Source of the DNA: Styela clava
Taxonomy: Eukaryota
Direction: 5' to 3'
DNA length: 64,000 bases
Assembly (NCBI RefSeq): GCF_964204865.1
Contig: NC_135258.1
Location: forward strand, 9,300,001 to 9,364,000
The position numbers and the translations under genes were made by a program. Below the pieces are notes generated by a model, which saw nothing but the letters and a program-made list of their open reading frames with translations, did not search any database and was not told where the DNA came from. Shown in pieces: positions 50,236-64,000 of this stretch (positions within the stretch are counted from its first letter, which is position 1; every line of letters starts with the position of its first letter).

Positions 50236-53200
50236 AATTATAATAGTAAATGGCAGTAATATCAATAATGGTGCATTAATGCTTGATATATTAAAATTAC
50301 AAATACAGCATTATACTACTCAAAAATTTGTAATATTTTCATGCAAATTATTATAATAATACAAATATACTATATGGAACATTTTTCATATTAACAAGTG
50401 CAAATCTAATCTTAATTCATTGAAGAATCAAGTTTGATATACTCGATTTACAAATGATTTATGCTTGATCATAGAAAGTCCGGATATGATTGAGGAACTT
50501 TTTTGAGGCAGAAATGAGAGGTAATGTATCACTGTTCACTTAAATTAGAATTGATTTGGGTATTAAAAGTATGAAATGCAATCCATCTTCCAGAAACCTA
50601 TTTTTAGAAACTCTTCAAAATTTTGGGAAATTAAAAAATAAAGAAACAGGTGGTATTGTATCCCAGCAACCTAACATTTGTTTTATGAGCAAAAAATAGT
50701 TGAAAAAAAATGATAATTTAATATAATATGTAAAAAATCATTCAATCAGCAAAAATTGGATTTTTCAAACATTGTGGTGTGGAGAAGATATAAATTTTGA
50801 TACGATTGATAACAAAAGCAGCGACACAACAACATTGAAAAAAGTTCCAAAAATTGAAGAATATTATTTATAATCATAGGAAGGATGATACGCTATATGG
50901 TTTAAATTATTACCTTACCGGTATTTCTCTTCTATTCAGCTGAATATCAATAAAGAACAAACAAAGAGTTGAAATCATATTGCCATGGTTGTGAGCATTT
51001 CCAAAATTTCAGTTCAAGCTGATTATAAAATAATGTCAATTTGTGTTATTTTGGAATTCAGGTAATGAAAACATTATGATATTAGTAGCCAAATTTTTGC
51101 TCAATATAGAGTCACGAAACCTTGGTATTCCAAATTACCATGATGTCGTACTACCCTGAAGCAATTGAATGTTCTGAATGGAACTTCATTCAAAAATTAA
51201 AAAAAAATTTTATAATCCATGGCTGGATTGAATACAAAGTTTTTATTTGTTATTCGTATTCCATGATATTCAGAACAATTTGAATAAAATTGTGCTACAA
51301 TATACTATAAATCAGTCAATGTGGTAATTTTTGTTTCGATTTCATAAATTAATAGTCAATCAATGTGAATTCAGACAAATCAAAAATGGGGTAGATATCT
51401 AGTAATTAGAACTACTCCAAATAAATAGAATCTCAAAATTAATATAAATAACACAAAATTACAATAGACTGATTTAAAACAATTTAATTATTTGACTGAG
51501 AATTTACAACTGAAACATTGATTCCAAAATACACCATGTTCTCATTTAATTTACTACCGTAGGTTTCAAATAATAATCATAATACACATCAGAATTGAGA
51601 TTGTAGGTACGTTATTACCGGTAACTACAGAAAATATATGATTAATATATTAATTTATAATGTATTTCTGACGAAAATTTTCAATTTTGACTACTTCAAT
51701 AAGAGAGTATATGCAATAAATAAAGTCTTTTATCATTGAAGAGATGCTTCGTAACTTCTCATATACTATATTTCTCCTATAATCTTGCCTTGGTAGAATA
51801 GCCAAACTGGTGCGAAAAAGACCTCATCAATATATTAAAATGAACGAATGCACCTGAAGCCAGACAGTGGCAACTGAACAGAATAGAAATACATGGGTTG
51901 CCCTAAAATTTATCCATACAAAATGGAGGCAATTATTATCACGCGAAGAATTGAAAAGTGTGAGAAATATTAAATTAGTAACCAGATTAAATCATTAAAC
52001 TTTTTGGATTATCAAAGTTGAATGAAATCCGGGAAAAAAAATCATTAAACTGACAAAGTGATTATATTAGCTGAATTTTATGATAAATATGATTTGTCTG
52101 CACAAAAAACTAATATCAAAATAACCACAACAAGTGGTTATTCAACAAAAACTCAGGGTTATATACTACTCGCTTTATTAGAGTAGGGACACCTAGTCAG
52201 GAGAAAGGTTTGAAGAACTCAGTATGAAACCAGTGGTTTATCTCGTATAATTAATGATATTTGGAAGCAACTATAAGTCAGTGAATAGTAATGTTGTCAA
52301 TTGCTTGAAGTAACTTGAAAAAGGGCAATGCAAACTACATGTGCTTTAATTGGAGTTAGAATACAGTGTTCATACACAAAACACACATTATTTCATTTAC
52401 ATCTTGCTCTAGAAATTTATTTGTGTCTAGCAGTGGTTACAATAAATGATTTAGGATGATTCGGCATTTTCGGCAAGCATTGAAAAATATTAAAAATAAG
52501 CAAAGCAAGATGAGTTGATAGATTTTAGTAAATGACTATGAACTTTAGTGAAGGATGTCAGGATGCCAGGTAACGTCATAAAATTGCACTGCCACAAATC
52601 ACAAAATAGAATTTTCAATTTAATTCATTACTGGTTATAAATATACATAAATAACGTGCAACAAGAACTTTAAGATTTTTGTCATAAAATATCTCAATTC
52701 AACATTAAGGAACTTTAAATTGAAACATTCTCCAGCAAATACTAACAAAATTATTGCGTTCTTTCATTTTCCATGCCTTGCTCTCCCAACAAGGCCCTGT
52801 AATAGCAGCAACAGATTTCTTGATAGATTTTCATACAATTTTTATGCAATTTGCCTTCACAGAATGTACAATTAATAACATAGGTACACATTAGATATAG
52901 AGGGGAATACACATTAATTTTATTCAGTAAAAGTACAGTAGTGATCAATTATACTATGTTGGCAAAAAGGATGAATTTCTATCTACATTCAGTATTACAA
53001 TAATTTTACAAATATCAAAAAGGGATTTATACCAAAAAAAATTGACCAAATTTTTTTAGTGTAGTGAAATAAAAAAAAAGATTGAAGCCAGGGATATCCA
53101 AAACTAATCGAATATTCAAATTCATACAACGTTCAGTACATTCGATATGGAAAACCTTTTCGTTTAAGGATAACTTACCGTAACATTCTTAATTAAAAAA

Positions 53201-54210
53201 GTAGGGCTTTTGAGCCGCCAGACAAGCGGATCTAAAGGTACATATCTCAACTGATACCAAACAGAGAGAAAACAATGGCCTTGGGTCTTTATATTTATGT
53301 AATTTTAGATATGACCAACATGAAGATATAGTGAATTATGTAATTTTCCCCATTACCTTGCCCCCAATTTAGGAAGTATTCAATATCCCATATTCGGAAA
53401 TATTTTCTCAGAATACTGAAATAATTGGTTTTGGCCATTCCTGATTGAAGCCATATTGAACTTTGACTCATTATTGACTATCCAACAAAAAGGGAGATTT
53501 TAATAATATAAAAGAGAATTTTGATCTCTTGAATTATTAATGAAGATACTGATATACACATATCCTGATGTTCATTGGAAAATGTGGACTAAATCATACT
53601 CAAGAAGGGCGTTCCTGGATAATCAAATTACTATTTTTCTTTATAAAATATTCCCCATTTGCATTTAAATTTATCAAATTTGTATATAGGACGAGGCAAT
53701 ATCAAAACTATTTATATACCGGTACATACCTCGGTATACACTATGCAATTTTTAGTTGTGTAAATTTGAGAAAATCTTGTTTACTGTGTTTGTGTAAATG
53801 ATAACTTGAAAGAAAAAACAAAGACCCATATTCAAATAGATCTATAATAAAAATATGTAAATAATTATGCAATGATTCAAAATTGAATTTCTTGTTTATA
53901 GTGAACTTAGTCAAAATGGTGGTAAAATAATTATAGATGCACCATAAAAAATTTTAATCACGACAGTGTTCACAGCTGCAAATCAAATATAATATATTTG
54001 GAAAGGATGACAAAAACTATTTTATTCCAATTGTGGAATTCAAAATGCGGAAACGAAAAATTCTTATCAGAAGAATATTTTGAAATATAAAAATATTAAA
54101 TTGCAATGAAATACAAATTTTTTTCCGATACCAAATTAAAAAAATTACATTTTTAGAAAATAATTTTATCATCCCAACCAGTATTTAAAATTTAGGTATT
54201 TATAATTATT

Positions 54211-57102
54211 CTATGAAACAATAAAGGTCCTTGATTGTCCAGAGTATTCCTGAATACCATAGAGTAACGATTTATAAAATCCATGATGGCAGATTCTATA
54301 TATACCCGGTGACGTAGTCTCGTCTGTAGCCCATAATATAGTAACTTCGCTCGTTGCATACATTGTAGAAGTCCTTTTCCAAATAAATTTTGTCTCCCAA
54401 TCTGCGTCAGTGTGAATTGTTTTCCAAGATCCGTTATGCTGTCTTTTTTGTACAAGTAAGAATGTATTATTATCTTGTCTTGCAACCAGGCTACTTCTTG
54501 GATTTCCTGCTACGAAAGAGACTGATACTTCTTCACCAATGGTGTAATTATCTTTCGTATTTTCTATAACATCTCCAAAACTGGAAAGGTATGACATATC
54601 CACAATCACTGGTGTCTGGAATTGGAGTAATTTTGACTTGAGGTTGGTTGGGTGGCAATTACTTTTAATTGGGGCGTTTTTAGCAAGAGATTTTGCCAAT
54701 TTTTGATATTGTTGTATGTACGCTCTTGCTGTATATGGACCATAAATTGTTGAGGCACCTTCATAACGCTGTACCTGATATTCCTCGAAAGTTGTGATGT
54801 AATCGGAATATGTGTTTGCCAATCCTGCAATTACAGCAGTGTACTTGCTTTTAGGATCAATTTCCTTTAATGTCTCAATCACCCCATTTTGAAGTCTCCG
54901 ACCAGTCATAGTTGAAAACTCACCGGGAAGCGCCAAAATCAATAATTGACCGATTTGAAAAATTTGGGTGTCAACAATTTCAGGCTGCCAGTCATACGGG
55001 CTTTTCATTTCTCCGGTGTCTAAGAGTATTGGTTTTGGTGCATGGCATCTTATTTGCTCAGGAGAAGGGGAATGGAGGAAATTACGGACAGTGTGCCAAA
55101 ACTTGTTACCTGCTGTATCTCCTTGTTTAAAGTCAAATCCACCAGGGCCGTCTGTGGTACCTGCTGCGAAGCTGAAACCCATCGCAGGTTTGCACGTCCG
55201 AACCTTTGTGGTTGAATTTAAAACGACTTCATATTTAGTCATGTCGACATATTGATGAATAAATTTTACCGGTCCTGTAACAACATCCTTTGCATTCTCA
55301 AAAAGCTCTTTTGCTTTTTTGAACTGATTATTTCCAATAATTTTCGTACTCTCGAACATGTCTTTTCCTGGTCCAGAAGCAATACAATTCTGTACTTGTC
55401 CATTGCAGGTGCTATGAATGTTGTCACATGCTTTTCCTGTGTCCACACAATGGGGACCTTTTGTATTTGGGGAGACATCACCCTCATTGCTTTGAGCGAA
55501 TGCTGCAACAAAGTTTCCACGACCAGGAAGGGCTTCAGGATTCATGTATTTTTCAAAAAGCTGTTCAGCGTATCCTTTATTGTCACCACTAATGAGGGTG
55601 TTAGTGTTATTCATGCTTGTACAATGTACTGGAAACCAGTTGATCATTCCTATAGCTTGATCTTTCTCATTCATAAATTTCAATAATGTCATTTCAGTAT
55701 CAACATCATGTTTATACTTTGCTTTTTCTTCCTCTGGGTTGTTAAGATAAGCCATTGGGCTTCTGTTAATACTTGAACCAACGAGTTCGCCCATATTCAT
55801 AAGTATATATCCAGGTTGCGTTGAATTATGCGCTCTCTGTATACTTTTGACTATGCCATTGACCATTGCAACTAAAGTTTCATCTACATAACCCCAGGAT
55901 GTTACTTGGAAAAGTACATCTTGCAAGAAACCTGCAGGTGCTGAATGAGTGTGTGTTCCACTGATACATAAGTTTTCAGCCGTGTACAAATTTCCATATA
56001 AAGATTTCAAAGCTTTGAGGACCTCTAATTTGACGAGAGTGGAAGCCATACAAGCATCAATGTTGATGAACGCTGTTCGAACTTTTGTCTTACGATCCTC
56101 AACTATGAAGGCACGAGCATATTGACGTAAATGAATACCCCCTGCTCTTTGGGTAGATTTGGCATAACCCATTAAATTTACATCAGCAGCTGGGCCAGTC
56201 ATGTCAGCTCTGCCGACTCCGATCAAGTATTCAGACTTAACAATTTCGGATTTCTTCCCGTCCTCCCCCGTTTCTTTATCTTTATTTGTGACATCCGAAT
56301 TGAACGCACGAGAACTCGGCATAATTAATGTAAATGATTGATTTGCAGTAGTATTGTTTGAAGAAAGTGTGGTGTTCATGGGAAATAAGGACATGTCTTT
56401 CGCCAGAAATATTGCGCTAAGATTTTGGCCATTCCCATTATTTAAAGCTTTGTCTAACCATTCTGGATCAACATCTTCATTCGTCTTACTGCTGTTGCCA
56501 TTTAGCACAATTGCAAGAACTATGAAAAACGCCAACCACATTAAAAACCCAATAAGAATTAATATCTCACATCTTCGACGCCTTCCAAGATGCATTAACC
56601 AATTTTTATAGCCAAATGAAGAATCTTCCATTTCTCCATGATGAGCAGATTCATGGGGCCCAAACTCAGAACGAAAAATTGCACTGAGTGGAATGCACCC
56701 AGTATTCGTATTATTGACTCTATTTCTTTTACTTCTGGATGGAATATTTTTAAATATAACATCAGGGCTTGGCACAGGAATATAAACTTCAGCATTTCCA
56801 TTTTCTGAAGCTGTTACTTCACTTTCATAAATCGATTCTACTGCGGCAATGGAAGCACAAGACAATGCTCTAAGAGGATGATCTTCATAATCAGATTCAA
56901 CATTATTGTCAAAACTTGTTGAAGACCGTGAAACTGTATCTTCATTCCCTGCTTCATTCAGAAGAGAGGAAGATTCAGAAACTTCATAGACAATATTTGT
57001 CTCAGATTCTGAACATGTTTCATCTCCTGATTTACAGTGATGTTTAGCATCACTAACAATCTCAATTGAATGACAGCCATCTTCCATTTCTTCCTTAACC
57101 AT
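54211..57102 (-). CDS. ASAH2: Neutral ceramidase, type II membrane protein, 963 aa, intronless
   Basis: GVGRADMTGP, GTHTHSAP, GDVSPN and QRYEGASTIYG motifs. Hydrophobic anchor at about aa 180-200 after RRRR. Confidence 0.95.
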   Translation of the reverse strand: MVKEEMEDGCHSIEIVSDAKHHCKSGDETCSESETNIVYEVSESSSLLNEAGNEDTVSRSSTSFDNNVESDYEDHPLRALSCASIAAVESIYESEVTASENGNAEVYIPVPSPDVIFKNIPSRSKRNRVNNTNTGCIPLSAIFRSEFGPHESAHHGEMEDSSFGYKNWLMHLGRRRRCEILILIGFLMWLAFFIVLAIVLNGNSSKTNEDVDPEWLDKALNNGNGQNLSAIFLAKDMSLFPMNTTLSSNNTTANQSFTLIMPSSRAFNSDVTNKDKETGEDGKKSEIVKSEYLIGVGRADMTGPAADVNLMGYAKSTQRAGGIHLRQYARAFIVEDRKTKVRTAFINIDACMASTLVKLEVLKALKSLYGNLYTAENLCISGTHTHSAPAGFLQDVLFQVTSWGYVDETLVAMVNGIVKSIQRAHNSTQPGYILMNMGELVGSSINRSPMAYLNNPEEEKAKYKHDVDTEMTLLKFMNEKDQAIGMINWFPVHCTSMNNTNTLISGDNKGYAEQLFEKYMNPEALPGRGNFVAAFAQSNEGDVSPNTKGPHCVDTGKACDNIHSTCNGQVQNCIASGPGKDMFESTKIIGNNQFKKAKELFENAKDVVTGPVKFIHQYVDMTKYEVVLNSTTKVRTCKPAMGFSFAAGTTDGPGGFDFKQGDTAGNKFWHTVRNFLHSPSPEQIRCHAPKPILLDTGEMKSPYDWQPEIVDTQIFQIGQLLILALPGEFSTMTGRRLQNGVIETLKEIDPKSKYTAVIAGLANTYSDYITTFEEYQVQRYEGASTIYGPYTARAYIQQYQKLAKSLAKNAPIKSNCHPTNLKSKLLQFQTPVIVDMSYLSSFGDVIENTKDNYTIGEEVSVSFVAGNPRSSLVARQDNNTFLLVQKRQHNGSWKTIHTDADWETKFIWKRTSTMYATSEVTILWATDETTSPGIYRICHHGFYKSLLYGIQEYSGQSRTFIVS

Positions 57103-57547
57103 GACCTAAGTTTATAACCCTAACCAGTCTCAAAAATACGATATACTGTAATAGAAGTTTTGCATTTTATATACTTTTCAAGTCAAGAGGCCTTTGCGAA
57201 TATATATTGAATATAACTTGAATTAACATGCGGAACAAAATATCATTTGTGCTTAGAAACATAAAATAGGATTAATATAGTTATCATGTACTCATGGGGA
57301 GGAAAAAAGACGATTAGGCAGCTAAATCATATGGCAAACCAAGATTTCTTTATCACAAACATCTCCAACACTAACAAATATTTAACACAATACAGCTTTA
57401 TTAAAAAGCAGAAAGATGGTAGAGCACAATAACCAACACATATACGGAAATCCAATATTTAAACATGTTCAGATGTTTGAGAATAGATATATTCAAATTG
57501 TTGGTTTTCACATTACAAGAATAACCCCCACGTTAAAATACATCGAT

Positions 57548-58385
57548 TAGGGTGGCTTAGCCACTTTGTGGCCACGACCTATTTGCGGCTTCAACTTCAT
57601 CGATTAAATTAATGAAGAAAAAACTAACGAACCAAACTGCGACAATATTTTTCACATGTTGTATTCCACTTATCAATCGTAGCTCTGCGAAATTACACTA
57701 AAATGCGGCCACAAACAAAAAAGTTACGACCGAAAACCCGCCGAAGAAAAAAAACAGACCATTTTTTCATTTCGCAAACTACCCATCGTCTCTTCAAAAA
57801 AGCTTGAAAATCCATACAAATAAAAGAGATAAAAAGATGAAACTTGGCAGGTGGGTAGAGTTGTGTTTCTTTTAACCATCTTTAAAGTTTCGCGTTTCTA
57901 CATTTAAAGGAGGGGGAATAGGGGGTGCGCATTTCCAATACGGTGATAATATCTTTGTCGACCAATTTGCGACCACCGTGTTTTTGTCTGTTTGATTGCT
58001 GTGATGCAGTGCTTTGTTTATAATTTAACGAGTTTTGTTTGAATAACCGTGTTCTTAAAATATATATCGGTCAAAAATGCAATTAGAAGCCCAATTTTTT
58101 CACGCATGGCTGCGTATGTTCTAGTCTTGACGCAGCAGAAACGATGTTCAAGGCTTTAAATCCGTGGTCGCACACTGATCGTTTGGTCACAAATTCGTCT
58201 TCCGAGTGTCGTACTTTGGTGGTTTGTATAGGTTTAACCCCTGGTCGTAGACAGTTAATTCGAGGTTTAGCGTGTAGAATAAATGCCAATGCATCTACGG
58301 TGAAAAAAGTAACGGTTTAGGAATATTGGTTTTTGTTATATAGCGGTTTGAATGAAATCGTCCGCAGACTGGCTACACCACCCTA
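57548..58385. mobile_element. TIR-bounded MITE upstream of the ceramidase
   Basis: tagggtggcttagcca vs reverse complement tagggtggtgtagcca (14/16). Confidence 0.6.
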
Positions 58386-59461
58386 TAATAGTGAGTGGAC
58401 ACCCCTCCTTCACAAGATAGTCTGGGCCTCCATATCAGCAAACCGTCACAATAAACTAAAATCAAGTACAATTTAAAACGTCATTGGATTCCTCAGGAAA
58501 AAATAAACCGATTCACTGAAGGAAAAAATTTTTACCGTAGCATTCGAGAGAGCAACAAAACACAAAAAGACTACTGTAATAACTGAATAAAGAGAATTCA
58601 AAATATTTCCATTTGAAAAGATATGATTCTGCGCAGTTAGCATTTAGTGATAGGGCCATTTTCAGGCTTATTCAACATTAATCAACTGATTAAACTGATT
58701 AACCAAAACAATCCGATTTCTGATTTTGAATTTTCAGCCTCATAATAGTCAATCTCCACGAATATGTCAAAATTCTTCTCTTGTATGATAACCCTAACTA
58801 TATTCTCACTTCACTATTAGAAAATATTTTTTCAAAAGGTATCATTTTTTCTAAATCAGTAAATCAAGTTCTGCTGTAGGCTATCGTAAGGTACTCTGGT
58901 GAATTCCTGAGTGGTTTGAATACCGTACTAAGTTAAATCCTCCACAAGCATAGAATTAGTCAAAAAACGCTATGACCAGATTGGCCGACTGAACCCCATG
59001 CCTCACAGATGACTTAATCTAACTGCAGTGATCGTAAGTCATTTTGAATCAGAAAACCGGCCGGCACCATTCTGGGAGAAATTCCTCTCGCTGGAGTTTT
59101 GGGGGTGTGGCCTGATGGCGTGACACTGACATGTTGCTCGGAGTAGGCTACGATCATTGAGGTGTATATGGCTACGATACATCTGCTTCAACGCTCAGCA
59201 GTAGGGCTGGGAAATAATGACGAAAATGGTAATAATCATCTTACTACTGTGCATTTTTTGTAAAAATGATTAGTTCATCACTAATTAATTCAATTGGTAA
59301 TCGCCCAGAAAATGTAGTAAAGAAATAATTGAGGTGGTGCTGAATATGAAAATTTTACATTCCAGTCAGAAAATAATTTTCACAATTTATTGCAAGGGCG
59401 TATTTCGCGTATATTCAATGTCATGCAACAAGTGTACATTCCTTCGCCAGGATATTAGCAT

Positions 59462-60693
59462 TAGAGATGTACCGATACCACTTTTGTCGCCGATACCCAT
59501 ACCAGCTAAAAACGCCGATACTACAAAAAGGCCGATATTCCGATACCGATACTATGTAATTATTACTTAATTAGGTGTGCTGTGTAGGGCAGACGGGTTA
59601 AACCAATGGTCTTTGAGCGTTGTTCATAGTACACATTATTTCCGATCGAGAAAAAAGATATATCACATAATATGAAATTAATGTTTGGTATTCATATGCT
59701 TTAACCAATGACATTGTTAATGTTTAATGTCATTGCTTTAACTGATTAAGATACATTGTACAGTAACGCTAGTAATCTCGGTGTTCAATTAGAAACTCAT
59801 CAGCCGGGATGTTCAGTTTAAATTTATTGTTAATATCGCGACTTTCGAATATCGTTATTTGTGTTTAAAAGAATATCAAATATCACCCACACATTCTAGC
59901 GCCGCCGCCCTATGTTCAAATTAAAAACATTTACAAATATTTTATTTCGTGGCTAATCGTAATCGTCGACGCAATAAGTCAAAGCCAACATGAAAGAATA
60001 TCAATCGGCACCGACAAAAAGAAGGCCTACCTATAGCCGTCGTGGATGTTTTTTTACTTAATACTATTTTAGTATTTTATAATATTTTACAATTGCTATC
60101 AGATATTTTGAGACAGTCTAGTCTAGGGCTAGGCGGTCATGTCAATATATCTATAAAGAAATTGTGTAGTTGAACAAAATTGAAATTAATACCTACGTGG
60201 AGGGATAATTGTGTCGGAATTTAGTTTATCGATGTCGACGGACTAAATGACACTCGTACTTGACGACAAACAGTCAGATTTTATACCCGTGCCAAAAGTC
60301 TATGTGCCGTTAATAAGGACCCCAATTCCACTGTATGATTTAAAACTGGGCGCCCAGTTGGTTATTGTTATGTGCTGTGTTTATATATTTCTTTATACTT
60401 ACTATGTAATATTGAAAATGTCAGTATAAAAATTTGATAGCGAAAATAGCCAAATTAGTTGAGCTCGTTTGGCTGATAAATAGCTAAAAACACGCGAATC
60501 CTATTCTCTCGCGGGGGTGGGGACATGTATGGCTCATAGCTCACGATCTCTCCAGACAAAAAATAAATTAAAAAGTAGTATTCCAACTTATCTTTTAAAA
60601 CATTCTGGACCATATCAAAAAGGTAAATATATCGGAAATATCGGCCCTAATCTAACCGATACCAAAAAAATGGCCGACACCTATACATCTCTA
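59462..60693. mobile_element. hAT-like non-autonomous element
   Basis: Perfect 10-bp TIR tagagatgta / tacatctcta. Clustered ccgata subterminal repeats. No matching TSD. Confidence 0.65.
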
Positions 60694-61990
60694 GTATTGT
60701 CATGTGGCATGAAAAGTAGAAAATGTCTTAAATGATTCTGATTGCTGATAATGATTTATTATTTGCCTTTTCATCATTTAAGCGGGAAACAGAATCACAT
60801 CCCAGGATGTCATTAGATATGTTTAGTGTGTATTTTTCCAAAGGTATTGATTGATTTAGGCGATTAAGCAGATGAAGTTGACGATTTCTTAACAAATGAA
60901 ATATTTGACATGTTCGAATCGTAATGTCGATGGAGAAATCTGCATTTGAGAAACAGATTTTTGAATTCATTGATTATAGGAATTTCAAGCACTTACTTTG
61001 CTTGCAGGAAGTAGCGCTTGCTCTTTCCTTATTTTTCATCACCCACCTCGTGTTGTCTGCGTTTTTTGGCTCATCCCCGTCGAACTTATTTGTGCTCCCC
61101 CTCTGAATTTCATGCCTACTTCGGGAGAGGGGCCTTCACCCTGATTTCTGCTCGATATTCCTTACGCACTTTTTTTGATTTGGGTAATTCTCCCTTGTTT
61201 TGGCTTTTTTACTCACCTTTTGGGACATCAACTCAACCGCTCGCCCATATCCACAATCTTTATGATTACATTTTATGGTTTTTGCTTATCTCTTTCAGAA
61301 ACTATTGTCTTTCGGGATGCGAACTTTGGCCTGTCCATTTTTCAACAGCTTAAATAACTTCTGTTGCAAGACTGCTAATGGCGAGAACTAATTAAGATAT
61401 CAGGATAGTACTTGATGACAAAATCGTATTAAAACAAACGCTTCGTTGAACAATTTATCGAGCTGTCTTGAGAAGGTGACCCGTTTTGGCGAGTTCGACT
61501 AAAGATATCTAAATTTTAATGTAATAGCGCAATATCTATTATAGTCTTTATCGCTATTCTTCTGTTCTACTCATATTTATAGTGCACCCGTTCCGCCATA
61601 AAGCAATTTTATTCTTTGTCTTCAAGTTTCTATGCCGTAGCAATATTAACTCGTGCGGGAATAGATGAACAATATATAAACAGAATCTGGAAGATAGGCT
61701 ACCGCATAATTCTTCGAAAAGGTACGGATGCAAATAGGGGTTCACTACGACATCGTTGGGACTATTAGATTCGGCATTCCTCATTACACAATTATGTTAG
61801 TTCTTGGATGATCAGCATTTTTGTTCATAAAGATTTAAAGCCGGATATGATAATCACAGTAAGTCACGACAACCTTTATTTTCTTGTTAATGATATACCT
61901 AATTACATTGAGATAGAACATAAATGTATACATAAACGTATTTTGGATTGTTAATCGACGATTCAAAAGTCATCGTATTCTCATGAATGG

Positions 61991-63642
<1,652 letters not shown>

Positions 63643-64000
63643 CTATAAAAGTAATTATATGGAATTTTGTAATTATTACACGATCTTGGTTATTATGTCG
63701 AAGAATAATATATAATTAAAGTTGCAAGACTTTCACACAATGTGAATATTTTTATTTTATATGAAGTATACATCATTAGGGGTTTATAATCGGCTTCATA
63801 ATTAAAGAGTCAATAACCTAATAACGTTCAAAACAACTGCTAAACATCACTAATGGATTGATCACGTCTAATCGGAGAAAATTCAGTTTTTCCGAAAAAC
63901 ATACAGCTTCTCAAACATCAGTGTTTTTTGATAAAACTTCCAGATAGCATATTTAAACTACCATAAAGCGATCTTAACTTCCAAAAATAAGATTTGGACT

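Noticed and set aside
54192-56801. Several alternative-frame and antisense ORFs inside the ceramidase
   Set aside because: Short, without motifs, and expected inside a long CDS.
60728-61784. Purine-rich minus-strand stretch with donor-like sites and 60-111 aa ORFs
   Set aside because: Every minus frame I translated is interrupted by stops and I recognised no homology. It may be protease 3'UTR or decayed sequence.

Overview
AT-rich, gene-dense animal genomic DNA with GT-AG introns. Chordate-like proteins, short introns and tight gene packing suggest an ascidian/tunicate, which is inference. Gene order: <SLC49A3/MFSD7 (partial) | PP1 catalytic subunit> archease> ARMC8> | <TAF5 | MAK16> | <TTI2 | FMO> small hAT-type zinc-finger ORF> RPIA> | <PTGES2 <MED31 <neutral ceramidase ASAH2 | <trypsin-like serine protease (3' part). 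Many non-autonomous DNA transposons (hAT, piggyBac, pogo/Tigger-like, small hairpins) and a tRNA-like SINE lie in introns and spacers. Best observations: (1) RPIA and PTGES2 coding sequences overlap antisense by 43 nt, and each gene's candidate polyA signal lies in the other's last intron; (2) the MAK16/TTI2 tail-to-tail pair matches the human arrangement; (3) co-oriented runs of genes with intronless CDSs and T-rich AG acceptors just before the ATG look like SL-trans-spliced operons; (4) a stand-alone hAT-transposase-type zinc-finger ORF sits among Charlie-like MITEs; (5) the ceramidase has an unusually long cytosolic tail with sorting motifs. I cannot establish an unambiguous new biological system from the sequence alone. 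All exon models were read by hand, with phases checked.
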